DNA of 64,000 nt from Camelus ferus (Eukaryota), in contig NC_045697.1 of NCBI RefSeq assembly GCF_009834535.1, forward strand, positions 64,606,001-64,670,000, given 5' to 3'. The position numbers were made by a program, and so were the translations under genes. Positions 1-12,167 of the stretch are shown piece by piece. A model generated the notes under the pieces. The model ran no database searches. It had not been told where the DNA came from and saw nothing but the letters and a program-made list of their open reading frames with translations. Positions within the stretch are counted from its first letter, which is position 1, and each line of letters starts with the position of its first letter.

Positions 1-234
1 CTAGTCTTAATTAACTATCAAAATTTTGAATTTTGAGATTTTTGTTTTTTGCTTTCTTTGTCCTTTTAGCATTCAATAGTCCCTCTTCCTTGAGTCCTCA
101 CCAGCTTGCAGTGTTCTCAAATGCTTTCTGTTCTTTCCCTTACCAAATCTTACCAAATCATGCTTCCATCTAGTGATCAGAAAGTTTAGGACAGGTATAC
201 TTAGACCTAAAATAATGAGATATAACTATGTAAA

Positions 235-450
235 GTAATAACATAAGAGAAGTTTTGAGTCACACAAACCTAAGGTTAAATTCTGACTTTACACTTACTT
301 GGCTATTTGACTTTTGGCAATAATTTAACTTTTCTGGGCTAGAATTTTTTCCTCTGTAAATCAAGTAATTAAACTTAGTTACAAAATATGTATGAAAAGC
401 CCAGCAGAATGCCTGGCAGTTTGTAGTCAGTAATCATGTGTTAATTTACT
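235..450 (+). mobile_element. MIR SINE, degenerate
   Basis: MIR-like core (gagtcacacaaacctaaggttaaattctg...cacttact...tttcctctgtaaa...cccagcagaatgcctggca); boundaries approximate. Confidence 0.6.
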
Positions 451-468
451 CCCCCTCCTTCCTTTCAG

Positions 469-532
469 AAGTTTGTGCATTTCAATAGAACTTGGCCCTT
501 CAACACTAAGGAATGAATCTCTGCTTTTGCAG
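469..532 (+). other. Candidate 64-nt cassette or cryptic exon
   Basis: Acceptor ctccccctccttcctttcag| at 468 and donor CAG|gtgaga at 533; one frame is open (SLCISIELGPSTLRNESLLLQ); no homology recognised. Confidence 0.25.
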
Positions 533-1044
533 GTGAGAGTGATGTTTAGGGATGGGAAACCTTTCTACCACCTCTGAAATGACACATCTGCTCTGTTTGC
601 TTGGGAGGCCAGCATGGTCTGTCTTGTTGCCAACTCAATGAAAGGCTTTAAAAGCTTGCCAAAATGTTTTCTCCTAGGCATTTTCCCTTAGGCTTCTAAT
701 GCCAAGTGACTTTTTCAATGTGTGACCTTTGATATTGACTATTTTTGAAAAAATTCTTTATAGAAGGGTACCACAGGCAGCAAGCAACCCTGTGATTCTA
801 AATCTCTTGCTAAGCAGATAATTCGCATCTATCTGAATTGTATTTCTTTTAAACTACCGTTAGTGGTGTGGTCTGGGCAGCCTAATTTCTCTCTGGACAT
901 AAGAAAGAAATTCTATAAACACAGCAAATATTTTAAGACAGAAAGGGGGTAAAAGAAGAAAGATTTAATTAAGCTTAGAGCTTTACCTAGCTTTTCCTAA
1001 TGTTGTTTATAAGCAACAAATTGCCTCTGAATTTATACCTATAC

Positions 1045-1675
1045 TGTTCCACAATTTTTATACTGGGTCCAGTGGTAGCCAGAGAGTAGGTTCTTGTCTC
1101 ATCGCAGAAAGATTTCGGAGTCAAGACATGGGGATTAAGAAAGTAAAGTGAGCATTTATTAAGTGATAGGATGATCTCAAGGGGAGGGTGGGCAGACTGA
1201 GGTGAGTAGGTGCTCTGAGTTTCTTTGTCAGGCGGGTCACATGGGGTGTAAAAATGAGTGCATGAAATAGTCATTGGGGAGGCAGGGAATTTGGGCCATA
1301 TTTCCTGATTTTCACCCCAGCTCTACCTTCCCAAGGGGAGGAGAGATTTTTGCCCTTATTTAGTCTTGATAAGAAGTCATAGCATTGGTGCATGATGCGT
1401 AATTCTTATCTGCAAGGTTAATTTTATTGTAATGAGAGCATAATGAGCGAAAGGTTACATTTGGACACAGAGAGTTTCCTGCCTTTTCCCACCTTTCTTT
1501 GTATTCCTCTAGGATCCTTTTCACCTCAAAATGTGTGGTTTGCTCTCAGTCTGGAGGTTCCTGCTTTTCTTGGTTTGCCTAAGGACGCTTGTTGTTTATA
1601 AGATGTATGGTTTCCTGCCATTTGGCCTGTGCCTCCCTTTCTCTGCTCATATCTAGCTTTCTGCCTGCTCTAACA
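1045..1675 (-). mobile_element. ERV1-class solo LTR
   Basis: TG...CA termini (tgttcc...ctaaca); minus-strand AATAAA near 1155; segment gagagtaggttcttgtctcatcgcagaaagatttcgg resembles the antisense of MER4-group/LTR8-like LTRs; higher GC than the flanks; no clean TSD. Confidence 0.65.
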
Positions 1676-4600
1676 CAGCCTCCCTTTTTAATCTCATACT
1701 GTTCCAAGAACTTGATTTAGGTAAACACACCTTACCTCTCCGTTTTCTGGGCTTTTATCCTTCACCTGGGATACACCCCTATTATGCCAAGTTCTCACTA
1801 TAAAATTATTTTCATTCCACTTTCAGGCAGTATGTCACCTTTACTCACTTACATATTCGTAAGTTCAAATAAACACAGACAGATAAACAAAAAAAAAGCT
1901 ATTATAGAGTATTATATGCCAGTTGCTGGGTTATAGACTAATAAATGAAATGTGGCTCTTTTTCTGAAAAAGGTCACAACTGCATACATACAAAAAATTA
2001 ATGTAATGGGAGAAATGTGAGAATAGAGGCATATTCAGAAACTATCCAGCAGTGTTCGATTAGGTTCTGGAAGCTCCATAAGTAGCATAAGTATAGTTGA
2101 ATGAGTTCTTAAAAGATAAAGAATTTATTAGGTAGAGAATGGAAAGGATTCTGGGTCTGGGGAGGTAGAGTCATGGAAGACCATAGGTCTCCAAAAAAAA
2201 AAAAACAAACCACCTTAACAATCCTGACTCAAAGTAAACACCACTGGAAACTTTTATGGGTTTTCCCCTCTTTTTTAATCCATAAGCCTTTCTTTTTCAT
2301 AGATAAAAAATATTTAGCTAGATTAGATATTTGTGTTCCATTTTTAATTGTTCTGGTGAGTAGTAAATTTCTTGAGACTAAAGACTGAGTCGTCTCTACT
2401 TTTTATTACTCTTTAAATACCCATAACTGAGTCTTGTAATATTTATTGATTTGTTTGTTTACATATGTATTTATTTATCATTTGCTATGTACTAAGAATT
2501 ATGCTAAGGTATAGATAGACATTTTTATGTCCTTAACTCCGACTATTACTCTTTGAGGTTAGATACTATTATTACTTCTACTCGTAGTTAAATAAAGCAA
2601 TGCTTAGTGGGATCAAATGACTTTCCTAAGGATAAATTTATCTCAAAAAGCCTGACTATAGAGCTATAACTATAAATAAATATGTTATCCTACCTTCACA
2701 AAGAAGTCATTTTACATATATTTGCTAAACTCTAAATGAAGAAAACAATTCTTAAAAAATAAAAATATTGCAATTGAGTAACTCCATGAAGGAATATCAG
2801 TGTATGATAATGTACATTGTAAATTCAGAGAAAAATTCTGGACAACCTGAAAATAAATGGAGCAGTAAAATATTTTCAGAGATGATTTTACCACCTTGTA
2901 TTACATGTTTTTAGGATTCAGGTGTTCATACTCTGAAGGTGCCATCTGGCATGGTCATTTTCTAGAAAACAGTTGCTGTAGCTAACTCTCCCTGGTCAAT
3001 CCCAGAGGAAGCAGGTGTGATCGGGGAAGGTTGGAAAAGCATTTAGAAGAGCGAGAGAATATAAAGAAGTTTGCCAATCGCTTGTAAATTTTTTCAGGTC
3101 TCCAAACTTTTTTGTTGCCAGTGTCCTGGTTTTAGTGGAAAGAGCTCCAGAATTCATGATCCTTGTGATCTGGGTTTCTGGCTCCCATATGTTCCAGTGA
3201 ATTTGCAACAATGATGTGGTATAGTGAGCATCTGCCTTTTAATTCAACTTTCTCTTTCCATTTTAGGAACATCAGTGCAGTTAATTAGGGGTGTGGCAGG
3301 GGTTAAAATGCTAGCACATGCTGTAGAATTATGTTATTGGTGCAGAGTGTGCTGGAAATAGGATGGGTAGAAAAAAAATCCAAGTCTTCCCGTTTCTCAT
3401 TAAAATCCACATGAAAACATATGAAGTGTGACACTTAGAAAATAGGATTGATTGAACAACATACTCAAACTGGTTTATTGGCATGAGTGATGTCCCCTTG
3501 GCAGTAGTTATCATAGGAGCCAAAAAATACAGTAATACTGCCATTGCTTACACTGTTTGGGGCTCCTTCGTAGGCGACATCTTTGCATTCTGTGCAATGT
3601 ACATTGAATAATTCTCAATAGTGGTAAATCTTCAAATTTAAAGAATCAGTTCTGTTTTTGCCTTTAGAAGAAGTTACAGTGTGCCAATTTCAGTGAATAA
3701 AGTGGGTGATCAAAGTAGAAAATATGATTTCTGGACAGAAACAAAGCAAGATTACAAAATAATGGAACCAAAAAATAATTGTGCCTTGTAAATAGGCTTG
3801 GTTTATTCCAAAGATAGGCTTGTTTATTCCACACTTCTAAATGTATTTTGAGACACTATGGCATCCCTGTAGTATGTATTTTCCAATTGTTAGTTGAATG
3901 TATGGATTCTGGTATATGTACATAAACAACAATTTTCTATTTAAATTTATATTCAAAACTAATATTTTAAACTTTTGTTGTTCAATGATATTGTACATAC
4001 TTTAAAACTTTTCATCTAGAGTTTTGAGAAGTAAAGAGGATAAATGTTTTGAGACCTAAGAAATTTACATGCAAATCAAAAAAGACTGAAAAAAAATCAT
4101 TTAGCACTTATCTAGGAAAACAATGTGAGTTAATTACCAAGAAGAGAGTCAGACTCATCACATTAATATTTTGTGAATGCTATTATGGCATTGTATTAAT
4201 TATTTTTATTTAATTCTCATCACAGCTTTGTGTAGTAAATATTTTAAGTTTTAGTAGATGAAAGTTTCAGTCAGTATTCAAATCATTCTGTCTGATTCCA
4301 GAGCTTTTGCTCAATTCTAACACAGTACCTCTTACATTCCCTTCATTAAAAGAGAGAAGAAAGAAGAGAAAATGTAGAACCATGATTATTCTTAGTTTTC
4401 ATGTTTTTACCTTGTTAATTGAATGTACCTGAGAGGGAATTATTTCTAAAATCTTACTACTTAAGGTGTGGCCAGCAGACCAGCAGCATCATGCTATTTA
4501 AAAAAATTTTTTTTGAACTCCTTTATTCACACATATTAATTTTTATTAATTTCTATCTAGAATTATATGTAACTAATTTTTACTTTGTAATCAAGATACT

Positions 4601-5324
4601 GTTTCCCACTGTACATCACTTGTGTTTCACTACAAATGATTTCAGTAGGAATAATTATTTAAATTCAAATAGTGTTTATACTTGATATTATTTATATCCA
4701 GTATAACTCTAAAAGAAGATTTGAAGATCTGCCTAGCTTATGATTAAAAAGTATAAATGCAATAAAGCCAAATATAGTCATCCCTAAAATGGGCCAAGTT
4801 GGCCAGAGTTAGATAGTGGATTAGTAGGAAATATGGGGCTGTTCTATAAAGAGATTGGCAACATTACCTTGCAGATAGGATTTTGCTAGTCCTTCCACCA
4901 ATAATATCACCACTTTACTTAGACATGAGTGACGTATTATGCTTCTCATCAGGGAAGGAGAAAAAATCATGTTGATTGAACTACTGAAAACTTAAAAAAA
5001 AAAAAAGGTAGTTGCCTTATTAAGCACAAATGTAGCAAGTGGGTTTTTTTTTTTTTGATGTAATATAGATTATCCCCCCCCCCATTTATTTATGTGGACT
5101 ATTTAGACTTCTACAAGTAGTAGAATTAAATGAAAAATGAAGGTTATGGCAAGTGAGGAAAGGGTAGAAATTATTTTTAGCTGAGATTACAAGAAAAACA
5201 GGCTCTGAAACCTTAAATTTATGTCCCAATAGTCAAATAGCCAGCAAAACCCCAATCTTCCACATTTAAGTCCTCCATACTTTCTACTGTTTTATGTAAC
5301 CTACCTTATCTTCCACCTCAGGAG

Positions 5325-5985
5325 CAGATAGAATGGTAGAGTGGGTAAAAATCTCTAATTTGGCATTATATTTTACAAGTTTCGCTACCGGATGGAAACT
5401 ATTTGGCAAACTAAAACTTCATGTAAGCCTCAGCTTTCTACTCTGTAAAACAGATATAATAATAGTTGACATCTAAAAGAGTTACCATGAGAAAACTCAG
5501 CCATAAAAAAGAATAAAATAATGCCATTTGCAGCAACATGGATGAACCTGGAGATTGTCATTCTAAGTGAAGTAAAACCAGAAAGAGAAAGAAAAATGGC
5601 ATATGGCATATTCCACTTATATGAGGAATCTAAAAATAAGGGACACAAATGAGCTTACTACAAAGCAGAAACAGACTTACAGACATAGAGAACAAACTTA
5701 TGGTTACTAGGGCTTAAAGGAGGTGGGAAGGGATAATTTGGGAATTTGAAAATTGCACCTCTTGGGGAGTGATTGAAATGTTCAGTCTTGATTGTGGTGG
5801 TGGTTTCATGGGTGTATACATCTATCAAAATTCATCAAATTGTACATCTGAAATATGTGTAGTTTACTGTACAGGAACCATATCACAATAAAGGTGTTAA
5901 AAATAGGTGAGATAATTCCTCTAAAGGGTTTAGTACAGTACCTGAGGTATATTAGGTGCTCAAAAAATGTTAACTAGTATTTTTA
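5325..5985 (+). mobile_element. MIR split by an L1 insertion (L1 at about 5497-5903)
   Basis: ctcagctttctactctgtaaaacagatataataatag before the L1, and gagataat...tttagtacagtacctg...ggtgctcaaaaaatgttaact after it. Confidence 0.65.
5497..5903 (+). mobile_element. 5'-truncated L1 (ORF2 end plus 3'UTR) with a chimeric, older L1M-like terminus
   Basis: ctcagccataaaaaagaat...atgccatttgcagcaacatggatgaacctggag encodes the ORF2 C-terminal MPFAATWM motif; after about 5757 it switches to an L1MB/MC-type tail ending aataaa. Confidence 0.85.
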
Positions 5986-6149
5986 TCTGTCACCTTGGGA
6001 ATCACCTGAAATCACCTGAAAATGTTACTATTGTTCCAAAATGTTTTAACTTTATTATTTGGAATTACATTAAAACTTAGTTTATAATCTGCATAAGAAA
6101 TCTAGACATCCAGCTTGATTACTATAATTATATTTGTTTCATGTTCCAA

Positions 6150-6400
6150 AAATGATATTCCCCAGATTACTAATTCAATGGTTGGATGACTTCTACTTGG
6201 TTCTAAAAATAAAATACATTTTTGAATGATGAACACATTTCACCACTGAGGACATATTCATAATGTACTGCAGCATCTGAAAAGAGTTTCAAGGGAGGAG
6301 GGAAAGCTCATTTTGTAATTAATTAAAGTGTGAGGAATTTATATACTTCCCAAGGTGACAGATTTGAGAAAAAAACAACTTTTAAAGATATTTACTAGAA
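6150..6400 (+). mobile_element. MARNA-like mariner DNA transposon remnant
   Basis: ccccagatt...gatgacttctacttggttctaaaaataaaat...caccactgaggacatattca...cttcccaaggtgacagatttga follows the recalled mariner YSPDLAP.DF.LF region and MARNA 3' part. Confidence 0.5.
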
Positions 6401-6449
6401 ATAAAATATATTACTTGAAGATTTGTTAGTTCACTGATTTTTTTTTTTT

Positions 6450-7140
6450 TTTGGCATAATTTGAGTCTTAGAAAAAAGTTGCAAGAGTAGACCAAAAAAT
6501 CCTGGAAACCACTCTTCACGTATATTTCCCAAATGTTAGCATTTACTACATTTACTTTATATTTCTCTCTATCTCTGCTTATGTATGTGTGTGTGTATTT
6601 ATATGTTATGTGTATTTAGATAGATAGTTTTTAGAACTGGTTAAAGGTGGGTTGTAGACATGTCACTTTTCCTGCTGAATACTTAAGTGTATAGTTCTGT
6701 TATGTTAATAATCACCATGTAATTAGCAAAATCATGAAGTTAACATAGAAGAAATAGCATTCTTTAGTTTACACACTTCATTTAGATTTTTGTCAGTTGT
6801 ACCAGTGTCTTTTACAGCCAAATGAAATCCAAAATCTTGTGTTGCATTCACTTTTCATATCTCTTTACTCCTTTAAGCTGGAGCCATTCTTGAATCTTTT
6901 CTTGTGTCTCATCACATTGCAGCATTTTGCCAGTAACTTTGTAGAATATCCCTCAGTTTGAGTTTGTCTGATATTTACTTATGATTAGATTAGGTTATTC
7001 ATTTTTGGCACTTTATCCTATTGCTAGTCAGGCTTCCATCCGTTAGGTTTTGCTTCCACTGATGATTTTTGCCTGAATGAGTTAATGTTAAGATGGTTGG
7101 CAAATGGTGATTTTCTAATCCCATCATTACTGCTACATGA
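6450..7140 (-). mobile_element. Old L1 (L1MC/L1ME-like) 3' region
   Basis: Poly-T followed by ataatttgagtcttagaaaaaagttgcaagagtag, and later tttgtagaatatccctcagtttgagtttgtctgatattt, typical of antisense L1MC/ME ends. Confidence 0.65.
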
Positions 7141-8832
7141 GTGAGTTGTGTTACTTGTCTGAAGCTTGGATTTTCTGTTCACCATGGATTAATTTCTTTA
7201 AGTTCTTTGGTTTGTGGGAAACCTAAACTCATATGAAGAGTTTATAATCTGATTATAAATATGTGAAAAGGCATTATAGAAGATATTATTATATTTGGTT
7301 GGAGGTTGTATTAGATGACTTCTGAGGTCTCATCCTACTTAAAATCCACAATTTAATGATTCTAGTGTCATTTTTTTTAAACACAGAATGAGCTAGAAAA
7401 GTAAAGGGTGTTAAATGTGACCTGAAGGAAAAAAAATCAAGAACTCTAATAAAGACACGTAGAGTGTGAACAATTCCTAAACTTTTGCTTATTCAGTAGA
7501 ACAAGCACTTACAAACGTATGGTAGCTTTAAAAGCCTGTGTCAATTGAATGGGTAAGCTGTAAAAAAATAAATAAATAAAAATAAAAAAGATGATTAGGT
7601 AACAGAGTTTCAAAAGACTGTGTAAGGACCTGGTCGATCCCCTTGTTTTACTTCTACTGATTATACATGCCTTACATAATTGTCCTGAATTTTTGACCAA
7701 ATTACTAGCATTTTTACCAACTTTTACTAACTGAAATAATGAACTAGCGTTATACTATGTAAAAATATAGTAAATGGTAATAAAAGTATGTCCTCTTGTT
7801 GATAATTTACCTCTCTTGATTCAAAGAACTAAAAATAGATTTTCCATTATTGTAAAGAATGAATTCTCTTCACAGAGATTCCCCTAATGGTTGAGTAATG
7901 GCCTTATTTCAAGGAGTTAGTCTTTAGCTGTGGAAAAGACAGAGAAAGGTGACTTATCTCAGATCAAAATCAACCCAGTTGTTAAATATTATAACAAAAC
8001 TAGTACATGTCACCTACTCTTTAAATTTTTATAATTTTTCAAATATTTTTCATCAGATACTCAGGGAAAAAAGACAGCTGCTTGTTTATAAGACTGACTT
8101 AATTGCTTTAAACAATGCTGACTGAGCCATGTATCTGTAACATGCCTCAGCTGTGGAGTCATATTTGGAAGTATCTTTGCATTTCACTACTAATAAAGTT
8201 CTGTATCTATTTAGTTAATATGTTGCAAAAATTTATTATGGTCTGACAGATGTTGAATACATTTTCAAATGTTGGGGTATGTTTAGGATCCTGGAAGCTT
8301 GTGGATTCTTACACAGAACCATGTAGAGTTGAAGGATCTTGGGGAATGTAGTTCAGTCATTTTTTGTCACAAGAGAGGGAAATATTTTGACAATAAGAGG
8401 CAGGGAATACATTTTGTTCCCTCCTTCTAAATAATTTAAAGAAAATAATTTCTCATATAAAATATTTACTAATTAAAAAGTCTTGATAAAAAATAATAGT
8501 GTCAAACATTTGTTCCTGGGTACTCTTTAGATATTGAATATGAAAATATATTTATGGAGCAATGACCAGCCTTTGAAAATAAGTATTATGTTTATTATAT
8601 TGAGTCACTCAACAAATGTACATAAAAGTAACATTTCTATTTTTATATAATAGTCACGTTAGTTGTGTATACAAGGAAAGCAGAAAAATTTATGGATAGA
8701 GAGATTAATTAGTAGACTCTGATATATAATATATAATTGATACTGTAGAAAACTTCAGTTCATAAACAAGAATATTTTATTCAAATAATTACTCTTCTCA
8801 ATGAAAAATATTAAAATGTATCAGTGTCCTCC

Positions 8833-10231
8833 TGCTAAAGACTATTGGAAACATCCCTTTATTCAAACAAGTTGGATTTATTGGCACATTGCAATAAGGG
8901 AGACTACACAAAATGAGGACTCATAAGGCATCTTCAAGAAGGGGTGTTAGAAAGGATATATTATGTGATATGGATGTGTGTGAGGTAATTTGGGAGCAGG
9001 TTCAAACAGCAGGTCTTTGTATTAGGTGCTGTCAGGTAGTTCTGCAGTTGGATTTAGTAATACTTTTTTTTTTTGTATATATATGTATTTATTGAAGTAT
9101 AGTCAGTTTATAATGTTGTGTCAATTTCTGGTGTACAGCATAAGGAAATTAGAACTCTCCCTCACACCATACACAAAAATAAACTCAAAATGGCTTAAAG
9201 ACTTGAACATAAGACAAGACACTATAAACTTCTTAGAAGAAAACATAGGCAAAACATTATCTGACATAAATCTTAGCAATGTACTCCTAGGGCAGTCTAC
9301 CATGCAATAGAAATAAAAGCAAAAATAAACAAATGGGACTTAATAAAGCTTATTAGCTTTTGCACAGCAAAGGAAACCATAAGCAAAACAAAACGACAAC
9401 CTACGGAATGGGAGAAAATATTCGCAAATGACATGACTGAGAAAGGTTTAATTTCCAGAATATATAAACAGCTCATAGAATTCAATAAGGAAAAGACAAA
9501 CAACTGAACCCCAAAATGGGCAGAAGACCTAAAGAAGCCAGTTCTCCAATGAAGACATACAAATGGCCAATAGGCACATGAAAAAATGCTCCGTATTGCT
9601 AATTACCAGAGAAATGCAAATCAAAACTATGATGAGGTATCACCTCACACCAGTCAGAATGGCCATCATTCAAAAGTCCACAAATGATAAATGCTGGAGA
9701 GGCTGTGGAGAAAAGGGAACCCTCCTAATACTGTTTGTGGCAATGTAGTTTGGTGCAACTGTTATGGAAAACAGTATGGAGATTCCTCAAAAGACTAAAA
9801 ATAGACTTACCATATGATTCAGCAATCCCACTGTTGGGCATATATCCAGAGGGAACCTTAATTCAAAAAGATACATGCATCCCAATGTTCATAGCGGCAC
9901 TATTTACAATAGCCAAAACAGTTTAGTAATTCTTATTAAAGAATCACCACTCCTAATAGCTGAGATAGGAGACGAATGGTGATTTTTGTAGTTTAGACAA
10001 TGTTTTTGTTTTTGTCTCTGCTCATTTTTACAAAGTGGTCTTATTTTGTTTTGATCCATCACAGACAAAGGGTATCCTTGTCTGATGTTGATGTTCTGTG
10101 AAGTTGTTTATATTCAATAAGTAGATGTCATGGGCCAGCTGAGAGTGTCAGACCAACTTCTAGCAACATCAGGGCTTACCTGATGGTACAAGGTCAACGG
10201 CCTGCTGTCAGGGGCTGCTTTCTCTTTCTTA
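8833..10231 (-). mobile_element. ERV1-class solo LTR (MER67-like, tentative), interrupted by an L1
   Basis: Minus strand begins taagaaagagaaagcagcccctgacagc; minus-strand AATAAA near 8860 and 8880; the two halves rejoin across the L1 TSD. Confidence 0.5.
9066..9921 (-). mobile_element. L1 with a 5' inversion (twin priming) and 13-bp TSD
   Basis: TSD tttagtaatactt (9053-9065) and tttagtaattctt (9922-9934); minus-strand poly-A and 3' end at 9066-9143; plus-oriented ORF2 segment at 9144-9920 ([29 protein letters not shown]). Confidence 0.9.
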
Positions 10232-12167
10232 TGTATAGTAGCATATACTGTTAACTGTATATTTCATGGCAAAATGATTTCACGTGTAATATGATTATTT
10301 TCCAATTATGTATCGCTCACTTCAACATTTTGTTAATATCTGTCCTCATCACTGGATTGTAAACTCCATAAAGACAGACCATGGGTTGAGAACAGAGCAA
10401 ATCTTACCTTGGAGTTGTTGAACAAGTTGTTCAGCAATATACTAGCTACACTTGAAGGGAGTAGAGTCAAGAGGAGGAAATAGGCCAAATTCTGAATCGC
10501 AATAAATATAAAGTCTGGCATGAATCATGCAGTGAGTTCAGAAATATGATTTCAAATAGGAAGAGATAGATACAATGGAAACTATCCCACATCTGAGGAA
10601 GGTTTACATAAAATAAATAGCCACCTTAGAAGAGAATGAATGGCTGAGCAAGAAGGTTGTACAGGAGGGAAGCAATTTCTGATCCAAAGAATAGGGAAGC
10701 CAGAACAACGTAGAGTGCATCCTTAGAGCTTCAAATTGCGTATCAGGAGGATGTACCCGAGGACATATTTTTTCCTTTAACGTTGTAACTGAATCTGTGG
10801 TACTGTGTACCAGAAAGGGAATTATTCAAGTATATTTTGAACTCTTAATGTATATCAGGTATTTTGTTAAATGCTGAAAGTACAAGAGTGAAAAAGAGAG
10901 ATGGAATTTCATGAATGATATTTTTTTCTAATCATTCATACCATTCAAACAATCCTGAATCTATTTAAAATTACTGGAAGGACCTAAATTCTAAGAAGTG
11001 ATTAAAATGAGAAAATTATTAATTCATTCACAAGACTTTGGGCCAAAAGTTGCAACTGACAAATATATTCTCCAGAAAGACAGTGATCAACAATGCCTGT
11101 TTTTGAATGAATAGAATGACATAGAAGTGGATGAAGATTGTAGAGTCTGCACCAGAGAGTTATTGCAAGGGAAAAGACATTGCTGAATCAATGCTGATAT
11201 TTTATTAAAAGGCTGGACTACTTTTTGCCTGTCCTTAATATCTGTGATTTGTTAAAGTTTTCCAGGCAAAGTCATTTGTATCTATGTTCCATGTCAGCCC
11301 TTTCCTTGAAAATCGCAGCTTTTCTTACTTATTTTTCTTACATAGTTTGAAATTTGCATTTTTCCATAATCTGTACTGCTATAGTATTTATAAAACAAAT
11401 TCAGAAAAGAATTATTTCTCTTTTCCTGGAGCTTAAGTTTGATAACATTTGGTTTTATGCCTGAGTTTTGATGTTTAAAATTTACAAGAGGGACAAAGAC
11501 TCATGTTCATGAAACCACAGAATTTCGTGAAACTAACCAACTTGTAATAGTAGGCATCTATTCATGAACTTGTATTAGTGTGTAAAGTTTTGAAAATTGT
11601 GATGTCTTCTACAAAAGTAAGTTTCAACTACTATAAATCTTCATTGTATAAAGAGAAAAACAAAAGAACTGATTAATGCCACGCCATGCCTGAAATGTCC
11701 CCATTTATTTTTGCATTAACTTTTTGCCATAAGACACAGTGAGGAAGAATCATATTGTACCACTTATTCAATTACTTTGGAGAGGTTAGGGATATAAAAA
11801 AATTAATAAATGTTTTCTTTGCTGTCCTCTTATCTTTCCAATGTAGTGTCCATTGTGAAATGGGCTGTTATTTTTTTTTTTTTTTTTGCAATCCAAAGTA
11901 TCAGGACATTGCACATTGACCTTAGAAAAATGTCTGATGAATACACAATTGATTTTCTTAAGCAAAAAATACAAAATGAATATAGATACATTATTGTTAT
12001 AAGGATGTAGTTTATTAAATTGTTGATTGTCATGTGTTAGAAACAAGAATATGTAATATAAGTTGAGTAATTCTGAAGAAGAGATTCAGGGAGCACAAAG
12101 CATGTTTCTCCAAAAACACACAAAAAGGAACAGTGATTTTTATTCTATTTAATTAAATATCATTCAT

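Noticed and set aside
6221..6285. Apparent C/D-box snoRNA (ATGATGA...CTGA...CTGA)
   Set aside because: Lies inside the MARNA-like mariner remnant; the terminal stem is weak and I recognise no rRNA guide
7829..7838. Perfect MEF2 motif CTAAAAATAG
   Set aside because: Isolated AT-rich 10-mer that could easily occur by chance; the same motif also occurs inside an L1 near 9795
10400..10480. Minus-strand mini-exon (YIAEQLVQQLQ, donor AAG|gtaaga) and an 11-bp palindrome at 10414-10438
   Set aside because: Competing upstream AGs, opposite to the inferred transcription direction, no partner exons; the hairpin is too short to be significant
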